NCBI GenBank assembly: GCA_003971905.1 | Contig: RSEE01000017.1 | Coordinates: 620,001-684,000, forward strand | Direction of reading: 5' to 3' | Length of the DNA: 64,000 nucleotides | DNA from: Moniliella sp. 'wahieum' | Lineage: Eukaryota | Shown here: piece after piece, positions 38,507 to 49,167 of the stretch | Numbering within the stretch: position 1 is the stretch's first letter | Layout of the letters: each line of letters begins with the position of its first letter | Made by a program: the position numbers and the translations under genes | The notes under the pieces: generated by a model | What the model saw: the letters and a program-made list of their open reading frames with translations, nothing else | Told to the model about the DNA's origin: nothing | Databases searched by the model: none

Positions 38507-40204
38507 ATGCACCCCACCACCTCCCGCCTCGCCCCGCGTCTCCTGCGCACCCTGCGCACCCCCACCATCCCCACCGCCCAGACACCCCCGGCCCCGCGCT
38601 ACTTTGGCTCCTCCCGCTCCCGTCTCGCCATCGCCCCCGCCTTTGGCGAGCAGCACGCGTCTGGCTCGTGGACCCACACCCAGTCCCAAACGGGCGCTAA
38701 CAAGTGGCGCATTGCCGCTGCTCTGTACGTGCTGAGATGATACCCCCCTTCCCGGAATTTGAAAGCGCAGCATGCTGACCCTCTTGCCCCCCCCCCAGTC
38801 TTATTGGTGTGCCCCTTGCCCTCGACCTGACTGGAGCGGTGGATGTCAACCGTCTGCTCGGCACGCCTTGGCCCGCCTCGGTGCGGCAAGAGCTACGTGA
38901 GGCCGCTCGTGCGGAGCGTCACGGTGACTTTGTCGCAGCTGTTGCCTTCTACACCCAGGCTGAGTCGGCAGCTCGTAAGGCAGCTAGCTCCAGTAACTTT
39001 GCCACGCGTTTGGGAGCGACGGAGGAGGAGGTACGGACCAAGCTTGCTGCTATTTCGCTCGCTCGTGCTTCTGCTTTGGAGCAGGGTGGCCGTACTGCTG
39101 CCGATGCCTTCAAGGCCTACGAGACGGCTTTTGCCGACCTCTCCTCTAGCACGACAAGCAACGACCAAATGCGCGCTGTGGCCCTAGCCCAAAAGTTGGG
39201 CGATCTCGCAGCGAGTGGACTGGTTGTGCTTCCGTCGTCGTCGCAAGCCAACCAGTTGCAAGACATGGATGCTCTAGCGGAGAAGTACTATACCTGGGCG
39301 GTGGAGACCATGACACCTGTAGTCATGGCACCCGATGCGTTGGACCACCAGCTCGCTGGTAGCCGATGCGCAACTGCAAAAGCCAGTTCAAGAAGCATTT
39401 TCGTCGCTGAAGCAACTGGATGCTCCTACCTGGGCCCAGACGGCCGACTTGGGTCTGGGGATGGAATCTCTTGCTACGTTTTACGCCTCGCACGGTAAGC
39501 CTGAACGCGCAGCCAAGTTGTACAACCAAGCCATCTCATTGATTCTCTCTCCCGAGTCGTCGGCTGCCCTGCCCGTCGCTCCTGCTGCCATGCTTCCCCT
39601 CTCTGGCGACCGCACCGTAGCCAACTCGCCCCTCGAGGCCAACACAGAGGCCAAGTGCCACGCCGGTGTGCTGTACTACAAGCTCACCAACGCGCTCCTA
39701 CTTGCGGCTGAACGGCCATGGCACGAACAAGGTGTCACGCGTGCCGAGGCGTCTGCGCGGCAGACTCAGCTTCGCTCGCGGGCCATGGCCTCGGCGCGGG
39801 AAGGTTTGGCTATGGTTCGTGCGACCGAGGCGAACCTTGGAATTCCTGCTTCTCCTGATCCTGTGACGGCTGTAGGCCAAGGCCGGTTGGCCCCGCTACC
39901 TTCCACACTACCACCGCTTGCGCCGGCTTCGGTGACGGTTGAAACGCAAGAAGAGTGCAAATTGGCCGAGGCTGGACTTCTCTTTGCTCTAGGTCGGTCT
40001 GTCGCTGCGCAGTACGGTGCATCAGAGAAGGTGAATGGTCTGTACGCTGCTGCTGCCGAGACGGCGCGCCCAGTGGCGTCTCCGGCACCTTTGACGGAAG
40101 AACATGTGGTTTCCCTCACGCCGATTGCTGAGCCCATTTCGCACCGTACTCGCGAGGCGGCAGGCGAGCTGCTGGCTGAGATTGCCCATGCTCAGTCGCT
40201 TTGA
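38507..40204 (+). CDS. TPR-like helical protein with predicted mitochondrial presequence and TM segment (possibly Mgr3-like); intron 38725-38798
   Basis: Arg-rich, acid-poor N-terminus; hydrophobic WRIAAAL|LIGVPLAL; helical repeats such as MESLATFYASHGKPERAAKLYNQAISL. The Mgr3 assignment is inference only. Confidence 0.65.
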
Positions 40205-40927
40205 TTTGTTTTTTTCATCGCGTTCTGTGCTTTGGGAGAACGTTTGACGTTTGACCATGGAAGGAAGGCCTGGTGCCCTGGGCCATGGCGTTCGCCTCTA
40301 TCTGCTGGCGATTGTATATTTCCCCCTCACATTCACCCTTTTCGCTACACGACCTACCCTTACCCTAGGGACCATGCATGTACTCTTAGTCCTCTTTCTA
40401 CACACTGCATATGCTCAACTGATTCCTTCCGTGGTAACAGAACTGCCTGTTGTGTCCACTCTGTAAAAAACTGCGTAAGCCTCCACTGGAGAGATGCCAC
40501 GAGTGAGCATATTGACCAGGGGCTGCCTGGACACCTTTTTTGCCTACAGATGGTGGCGAGGAAGGAGATATGCAGACAACGCGCAAGGCCCCTCCCGCAT
40601 GAGGAGGATGAGATTGCAATCACGCCAACAAAGCATATGCGCCCTCTGATCGATAAGCTGGGCTCTTAGTGCTACTGATGGGATGGTATGATGAACTCGA
40701 GATGACCTCAGCTGCGTTCAAAGTTCAAACTCGTGATTGACAACACCAGGTCCGAGCACTTTACTCTTAATGGCGCCCACCGGTAACTGCTAAGCCAATG
40801 TGCTCTCTTTTGAAGAAGGCCCTGAAGGTTGTTGAAGCTCGAAAACGTAGCTTGATCTCACAAGCAAAAAGCAAAAAGCGAACGTCTCCAGAAGACAAGA
40901 TCAAGAGCATTGAAGGCAAAAGGAAGA

Positions 40928-41013
40928 CTCTCCGACCGGGAATCGAACCCGGGTCTCGTCCGTACATCCATGATCATGACAGGGACGTGTCATAGCCACT
41001 AAACTATCGGAGA
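40928..41013 (-). tRNA. tRNA-Asp(GUC) with 14-nt intron
   Basis: Minus strand: TCTCCGA/TCGGAGA acceptor, CGTCC-CT-GTC-A-[TGATCATGGATGTA]-C-GGACG anticodon arm, CCGGG-TTCGATT-CCCGG T arm, discriminator G. Confidence 0.93.
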
Positions 41014-42047
41014 AGATGGAACCAGTTTCTTGTCTTTTTCATTTGAGAAGGCAAAACAGCGGAGTAGGTCCTCCCGTACCTGCATGTGAACACATTTTGC
41101 TACTATACGGTTTTTTCACCTTGGCGCCTACCTAGACAACTGCCTCTTCTCCCAGAAGGCACAACGAGTGTCTTGTGGGTTCTCGCTGAACTGGCAACCC
41201 ATACTCATGCACGCCGATGGCTTCTCGATGCAAGATCTGACGGACGCTAAAAGGTCCAGAACGGCGGCCTGAGATATACAGCGCTTTTTCTTTGACTTCC
41301 CGGCGATTACCTCAATTTCCCTGCCAGTATGGAGAGCTTCAAGTTTCCCGAGCTCTCAGCCCTGGAGAGCTGAGGCACCTTTTCACAAATTGAAAACGCT
41401 CGCATTATTAGGAGAGAAGAGAAGAATATGGCAGCCACAGACAGAAGATGGCACTGCAGGTGTGCAAAAACGTTTCGGCGGCAGATTGCCAGGATGAGAA
41501 GACAAAGTGTTGGATCCAGCAAACGTAATATGTTCTTGATGAGTTTGATGTTCTTGAGAATCCATCTGAAGCGTACTCCAAGAAAGCGGTGTATGAATGA
41601 TTCGAGACACCGTCAACTGAGGGGTCCGTTCATATCGTGTATGGGAAAAGTGTAAAAAGGACGGGACAACAAAGCCACAAAGCAGTTCCCACCCTGCTGT
41701 GGTAAGGACGACTTGGTTCTTTAATGGGAACGTATACGGCTCAAGCACACCACTGTCCGCAGTGGAAACGATGCACTGGTGTGGAAAGCACCAAGAGCAG
41801 CCATTCAAGAAGCAGTACCAGTAGAGGGTTGGAAACCAAGGTCAGAGGAGCCGCGTGAACCGGAGCGGCCACAACATGTGTTGAGAAAACATGGGAGATT
41901 TCCATAAACGAATCAAGAGCTGCAAAGTACAAATAGAAACCGAAGGGCATAGTAGGAGCTGTTGGGTTCTGCAAAGAGATTGGGTTGATGTTTGTGCTTG
42001 TGCTTGTGCGCCCAACCCGTCTGACAGACACCCAAGGAAAGGGGGTT

Positions 42048-43654
42048 CTACAAGGGGAAGAGGTTTTGGCCCTTGTTGTTACATAGAAACTTCTTTGCCC
42101 TGCGGCCCTTTTTGCTAATCGGCTTCTTGAGTCCGTGCACGGCTTGAAGGTGGTTGGAGAGATTGTCGCTACGTGAGGTACGGTACGAGCAGTGAAAACA
42201 TTTGATCCCTGGAGCAAACGGACACGGGAGTTAACTTGTCAGCATTCTCATCATTAACATAATATATATCAGATCCTGCAAATTCGGCCTACCCACAGGC
42301 CACAACCAGAGACTATTGCAGGAAAGGACCTCGAGGATAGGAAGCGGGATACGTACTGCCTTCTTGCCCACTGTGTACCGAGACAATGTGACGCAATGTG
42401 CTCTTTACGGCCAAACGATGAGCAACACGTCTCACACTGAAACGGCCGCTGTTCACTCGCGACATAGACACCTTTAGTCCACGTGGGTTCCTCTTGTGTG
42501 GTCTCACCACCCTGTCTTTACCAGGGCCGACCTGGGGACAGAGCGGTCCTCGTTGTCCAGCATCCCATGGGGAGCGAGTCAGGGCGCAGATTGATGTGCA
42601 ACGGCGGTTCGTACTTTGCGCTTAGGGCAACAGCATGTTGGGTGGGCGAGATGGAGTTCGAAAGCATCGAGGCGCCAACGACCGAAGGAGCACAGTCGGA
42701 AGAAGTAGGATGGAACACGTTGTCCTCCGTTGCCGTTGCAGAGGAAGCAAAGGGATCCAATAGGTAGTCTGATGAGCCTGCGCTGACGGGTGTGAAGGCT
42801 CGGTCAGCGTCAGAGGCGGGAGCCGAGGTCGGTTGAAGCTGGATTGATCAATATGCTCTTTGAGCCTCCAGTCGAGTCCGAGTCGGGTGGGGAATCAAAC
42901 CAAGTCCAACATCGTACGTGTGGTCCAAGGAGGGTAGTGTCAACTCGTCCGTTAACCCGCCAGGCCAGGTAGGGAAGGCGGAAACAGAGGAGATGCTAGT
43001 CTCTCCGAGACACGCCGTAGCACTGGTGCTACTCAATGGCCCTGACTCCCCCGGCGGCAAGTCAATTGATCGCAAGGAAAACGTAGAGGATTGGGGCGTC
43101 CATAGATCGGCCGGAGCAACTGACCCAGAAGAGGGGAGCGTGGTGGGGGAGCTGTGCAGCTCGTCGGTCATAGAGAGGGTAAACTCGAGTTGAAAGGAGC
43201 GGCGGGCGTAGCGAACAGCATGTCTGCGTCGCTTCGTCGACTCAAAGCCAAGGTGTGGGGACAAGCAAGAGGCATGGCCTGGAGCGGGGATAACAGGGGG
43301 ACGATCCTGTACAGGATACGAGCAGCATCTAGAGTGCAGGGCTGGATCGACAATGGTGGTGTTCCCAGGGGGGAAGCCAAGTGTTGTCTGCCCAACAGGG
43401 GGGAACGGAGCACGCGACACACCACCAAGAGTGTCGAGCATATTGGCAGAAGCGGCGGGAGCGTGCAGAAATACAGGTCCCATGGCACTCAAGAACGAGA
43501 TGGGGTGATGAGCCTGGCGACAATCAATCCCGCTGAGATCATGGGAAGAGCCGAGGATTTGGGAAAACAGAGGCGTATCATCCCCGGGGACGTCATCGAG
43601 ACCATTGCAGATGCCATGAGGCGACGGGAAGATAGTACCAACAGGCAGCCACAT
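42048..43654 (-). CDS. C2H2 zinc-finger transcription factor, Msn2/Seb1-like double finger; intron 42209-42356; start uncertain
   Basis: Finger 1 RPFQCETCCSSFGRKEH..RHIVSVH (frameshifted). Finger 2 IKCFHCSYRTSRSDNLSNHLQAVH. Ser/Pro-rich N-terminus. Confidence 0.78.
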
Positions 43655-44942
43655 GTTGGGTAGTACGGTTTGGAAATATAGGCTGGATGGGTAGGGGCGG
43701 AGGGAAGGTCACGGAGGTAGATAGGGCGAGGCGGGGAGTGCGGCGAGTGGAGGGTGTGGAGGGAGGACGGGCGATTGGTGGTGGGATGAAGCAAGAGGGG
43801 GAGGACGAGGCATGGTCGGAGCATCGGGGAGGTCCGGACGTCAGCTTCCCACGGGTGGGTTGAACGTTGAGCGCTTGAGCGTTGAGTACGTTGAACGTGA
43901 TGCAATGGGTCTCTTACTACTACCCGTTGCTCTCCACTACATACGTTCCCATGTCACATGTCGCATCTGTGAGAGTATCGTGCTGCCGGGTCAGATCGAT
44001 CTGCGGAACTGGAGACGACGGGCAGGCGTGGGGACACAGGGGAGGGAGAGACGCGTTGGACAGATACGGCATCTGTGGTGTAATAACTTGGCGCGTTGGA
44101 CTTGGGCTGCAACGGCTCGGACGTGTGACACATGTGAAATGGGAGTACTGAGTACTGAGTACTAAGTATTGAATGACGCTCCATATCATCAATGGTGCCA
44201 GCAACGCAAGAGGCGTAGCGCGTAACCCTCTGAGATATAAACCCGAATGCGCCGACACCAACGCAGGAGGCACCACAGCGCAGAAGGAGCCTCCGGCCAC
44301 CCCTGTCAACATGTCAACCTTCAACGTTCAACAGAACAAGCCTATATACGACGTCATAAGCCGCCGTGCGCGCTGGCCGGGAGGCCTCAGGCACCCGCTC
44401 CCCCTCGCGCAGGCACACTACGGTTGGGCGCAGTATGGAGTGAGCCAGACGTGGGCTGCAGAAGCGCTTAGCGCTTAAGCTAGATAAATGGGGCTCCGCG
44501 ATAAAAAAGCAAAGCCCGAAATGTGTGTATCCGGCCCTACTTTCCTATACCGACCGAACCTCCTGCGAGAGGCGCCACTCTGGCCTCTGACAGATCTGAC
44601 ATCAGTACTCAGTGCATCAGCGCTCGGCGCGAGCATTTTATCTGTGCGCTGGATGCACAGAAGTGTAAGCAATTACCATCGCATACTCGCTGCAGCATGG
44701 AACAGGCCCTGGAAATGAAGATACGGATCGATAACAGTAGGCGGATCCTGTATCCTCCTGTCCTCCTATCAGATCTCAGAGCCATAGCGAGACCATCGGG
44801 GAATGGTATTCCAAGTACGGAATGTATGATGCGTGTGGATACGCCCACTCAAGAGAAATTCAATGAGGACCTCGTTGCAATGTCGGTCACTATCAGTCGA
44901 AGTGTGAGAACGTTGAACGTTGAACGTTGAACGATCTGAGAG

Positions 44943-44981
44943 GCTAGAGCTAGAGTTAGAGCTAGAGCTAGAGCTAGAGCT
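44943..44981. repeat. (GAGCTA)n hexamer tract overlapping the Stealth stop codon
   Basis: GCTAGAGCTAGAGTTAGAGCTAGAGCTAGAGCTAGAGCT. Confidence 0.85.
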
Positions 44982-46422
44982 CAAAGGGCGATTTGACGTC
45001 GCCGTACAAATCGCGATAAAAGTTTTTGAGGGTTCCGGCCATTGCGTCTGCCTCGGGGCCCCATCCAATCTCATCATTCAGCGTGAGGAACTTGAGACCA
45101 GAAATGCGCTGCTTGACTTCGGTTGCAATTGCCTCGTTCTCTTGTGCGTCGGAAGTCCACTTTTCTAGGAGCGTGGCCGGGGTCATGACCGCATTCGATA
45201 CCACTTCAAACGACACAGGAGGGGATGAGACGTGGCCTGCTGGGCGACTGGATGCAGTTAGGCTGCCTTCCATTGCTGCATAGGCGTGAACGAGCAAGGG
45301 GGTGATGGTGTCTTGGTAGTGCCGGAACTTGTGGAGGGTAGTAATGTTGCGTTCTCGCTCAAATCTCCGCGCCGCGCCTTCGAGCAAGGAGCGGGTGGTA
45401 GACAAACGGAGCATGTTTGACGTATCGTGGGGGGAAAGGGAGTCCACTAGCAGGGCCATAAGTCCGCTCAATCGCATCCAACGTATTTAACGTGCTGAAG
45501 AGCCAGATGTTGTACTCGGGAACCATGTCGGCATACGTATCAGGACGTTCGATCCACCCTCTTTCAAGGTACTGGCGTACGCCGTGTCCGTTGCCTCGTC
45601 CCTGTGTTCCATTGTGCTGCCAAATTTGATCGGGGCGAGCGGTGGCATTGCCCAGAGTAAAAAAATCGCTCGGGTGCAAGGGCGAAGGGAAAGTGTAATC
45701 GTCGTTACATTGAATGATCCACTCGCTATCAGGCAAATGACTGCCGGAAGGAGGTGGAGGCAGGAGGTAAAGGTAAGCTTCTACCACGTTGGAGTTGAAC
45801 GTGGGCTGCGCCGTGCGGGCCCAACTTGTCTTGGTCGATCCACTCTACACGGCCCAGCGGATCGGTCTTGCCCGTCTGCGCTGCCAGGCTTGGGTGGGTG
45901 ACGGGCTCGCCCTTGGCATTGATGGGTGGGTGGGCGAGACGTAGAAACGAGGGCGGGGTAGGGGAGACAATGACGATGCGGCCGGTGTGCCAGGGCATTT
46001 GCAAAGCCAAAGTGCGCAAGCTGTACAGCAGATCGTCATTATCTCGATCCCGATCCGAGCCAGCGGCATAGGTGCCGCCGTACTGCTGGCGGAGCTGGCG
46101 ATTGAGCGGGTCGGTGCCATTGACCCAGGTATAGACAATGGTTGCGTTGCGTGCCCACTCCCACTCTGGCTCGAGAGCGGCGGGGGGAATCCAAGCGGGT
46201 AGATCGGTGGGGGGGATGGGCTGCCCAAAGCAGGTTCTCTCAGTGATCGACGGGGGGCAGCAAAGCGGCGGCGAGGAGGATGGCAGCCAAGGCGCATGCT
46301 GTCAAGACGGTGAGAGCCAAGGATAATGGTGTCTCTTGTGGCCTGCGGGGGGGAGGGCGGTGGGGCGGGGGGTGGGTGGATGGGAGGGAAGGGGAGTACT
46401 GTGGAAGAGCCCCGGTGCCCAT
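44974..46422 (-). CDS. Stealth-family sugar-1-phosphate phosphotransferase, type II membrane protein; apparently intronless; frameshifts
   Basis: TM LSLALTVLTACALAAILLAAALL. CR1 IVYTWVNGTDP (46107-46139). CR2 RDNDDLLYSLRT..PWH..IVIVSP..PTFNSNVVEAYL..IIQCNDD..PSDFFT. CR3 KHAPFV..TTLHKFRHYQD. CR4 KFLTLNDEI..LKNFYRDLYGDVKSPFEL*. Confidence 0.9.
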
Positions 46423-48526
46423 CCTTGGGGAGTGGTGGGAGGGGCGTGGAGGAGGCGAGGGAGGCGGAAGCGGGCGGTGGTGGTCGGGAAGAGAAGGGCG
46501 GGTGCGGCTGGCCTAAGGCACCACATGTGTGCAAAGCAAAAGTCACATGTCACAGCACGCCACACCTCCGCCCCTCATCGGCTGCTCGTCAACATTCTGC
46601 GAGCTCAGATGGGCGATGTTCGATGCGGCTCAGCGTGCTCAGCGCCCGGCAGGCTCAGCATCGCCCCGACGTCATGGCAAACGGCGGGAGAGGTGTGGGG
46701 CTCCGACATTCTTAGTGAGCATCCGGCCCTGCGCTGCGGCTACGGAAGCTAGCCGCTGGTGACTAGTGCCTATAGGGGCGGGTGGCAGGCGCCGTGATGT
46801 GCGGGATGCGGCTTCCAGCCAGCCTCCCGCTTTTCCCGGGCGATCGAGAAGCGAGAGATAAGATGCTGCTCGTTTGCTCGCAGCCCGCCGGCGGGCCAGA
46901 CACTGCCCAGATCCCACACCCGGCCAGACTCTCGGACGCAGGCACGGCGGCATGTGCTGTCACATGTCACGTGACATGTGACGCTGCACTGCACTCTCCT
47001 GCCCTCGGACCCTGCGCGTGCGCCGTTTGAACAGTGAACGTTGAACACATTGAACATTGAACGTGGGCGTCATGCCCTGGTCGGTCTGGGGAAAAAAATT
47101 TGCGAGGTGTGCTGTGTGTCCTCCCTCCTGCCACTGGAGTCTGGTGTGCCTCAACCAGATTCCTCACTGTACCCGTCTGTGTCGTCGCCTGCCCAAACGG
47201 GTCGCCACGGACCCGGCCCCTCCCTTTGCTAGGGAAACTCAGCAGGGCCCCCTCTTCCGCCACCACACCCTCAGTGTCTCCAGTACCTGAAAACTTGTTG
47301 CGAGCGGCTGGCTTGTTGCCCAGCATGAGCAGTGCTGGTACGATCCGTGCTGGTATGGCCCGCGCGTGATGGTATGACCAGTGCTGGCATGACCGTCATG
47401 CATCTTTAGGTGGGGCGCAACAGGCACAGCAGGACACAGCACGCGGTTCGCTACCTTGCGTATCGTTCGCCTTGCTCTCCCATATATTACTTGTCCCCCT
47501 CGTATTATTGCCGTGGCGTCTAGCCCAGCTGGTCCTAGTAGCCCCTGGTATTCAAATAGCTCCTGAGCGCTGAGTGCTGGCGTTTGGGCCGTGGGTTTGA
47601 GAGTGGGGCCAGAAGTTTACACTTCAATTGAAGATTGAAGGTATTTCTCCTACAATATAATGCAGTTATTTTGATGCATTTTGACGACTCGAGACAAAGT
47701 TGACCATGTATGGTCCAAGTGTGGAACTTCAAGCTTCAAGCTTCGGGCGTCTAAGAACTCGCTCTAAATCCAAGTGCGCCACACATACAGGAGAGGAGTA
47801 CATCAGGCCCCAGGGGCATTTTCTGTTGTGCAGTGTGATATCACAGATGAATCCGTGCGGAGAGGTATCTACCCGTCCAGAACGTTTCCAGCTTCAAGCT
47901 TTAGTCTGGCTACAGAGCAATCTGCACCGACACCAGCCTAGCGCTTACATGTCCCATGCGTGCCTGACAACGTACCCACACAATGAGCGTTGTTGGTCTC
48001 TGTAGGTACACGTCTCTCGCGTCGCGGCAGCAAATATTTTTTCAGAAAAATGACGGAGGCGCAACGTCCAAGCTTCAAGCTTCAAAAGTGGGTGCAGGTG
48101 CGAATATTGAATGGAACGTCATTTCCAGAATGCAGAGTGCAACAGGACAGGACGCACAGAGGGAGGAAACAATCACGATCAATCATGAGCAGGAAGCAGG
48201 GCAGAGTAAGGTCCAAAAAGAGAGACAGGAAGAGGAAGAGCAAAAGGGAAAGGGAAAGGGAAAAAGGAAAACAATGCAAAACGCAAAACGCAAAACAGAA
48301 ACGGTGGTGGATGGTGGGGAGCTAGACGCTCCATGCCTCTGGAAACCCAGACCATGAAGAAAACGATACACGGTGCGGAATGAAGGGGGAGAGGAGGATA
48401 GGGGAAAGATAGAAAGATGGAAGGGGGAGAGGAAGGGCGACAGAGCGTTTTCAACCGCGACACGTTTCGTGCAAGAGAGAAGAGAAAAAACAAAACAGAG
48501 AGTAGGCGGCATTCCCGGTCCTGGCT

Positions 48527-49167
48527 TTACAGCAGGGCAGCCGCAGCCACACCCACTACACCAGCCACGGCTGCCGAGGCAACACGGACCGAGGAAGCAG
48601 GCGACTTGGAAGAAGAGGCAGAAGCAGGGGGGCGCTACCTGCCTTGGAAGAAGCGGGAGCACTGCCTGCGGAGGAGGCAGTCGTACCGCCAGCCGCTGCG
48701 GACGAAGGGGAAGAACCAGTGCTTCCCGAGTCCTTGCCACCGGAAGATCCGGCACCGCTGCCCGAGCCGCCAATCACGTTGCCCGTACGCCGACTGGCCA
48801 AGAGAACCAGTCGAGTCAGTCACGTCAAACTGAAGCGCCTTACCGCTCACACTAGAGGGAGGGGTGAAGGTGTAGGGCGAGGTGGCCTGGGTCACCGTCT
48901 TGACCACACCCGTCTGCTGACCGTTGGCAAAGGTGTTGACGACCAGGGTGAAGGGCGCCGATCCGCCAGACCAGGTGATCTGCATGGGCACACCACTGAT
49001 GATCGTCGTGGTGGGGGTAACCCTGGTGGAGAGAGAAAGAGGGGGGGAGGTTAGCGTCGGCTGGTCTGCGCAACAGTGTCAGGGGCTGAGGGGGTACGCA
49101 CACGGAGGGGCCAGCCAAGACGGCGGCAGCAGCGGCAAGAAGGACAGTGAGATGGAGAGCTGAGATG
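48527..49167 (-). CDS. Small secreted Ser/Thr/Gly-rich, probably GPI-anchored cell-surface protein; intron 49023-49101; start codon not resolved
   Basis: Signal peptide LTVLLAAAAAVLAG; domain PMQITWSGGSAPFTLVV..SPYTFT..LQFDVTDSTG; Ser/Gly linker; hydrophobic tail ASAAVAGVVGVAAALL*. Minus-strand TATATAAG at about 49288-49295. Confidence 0.78.

Noticed and set aside
40686..40760. Box C/D snoRNA (ATGATGA near 40688)
   Set aside because: No CTGA D box or terminal stem at a suitable distance.
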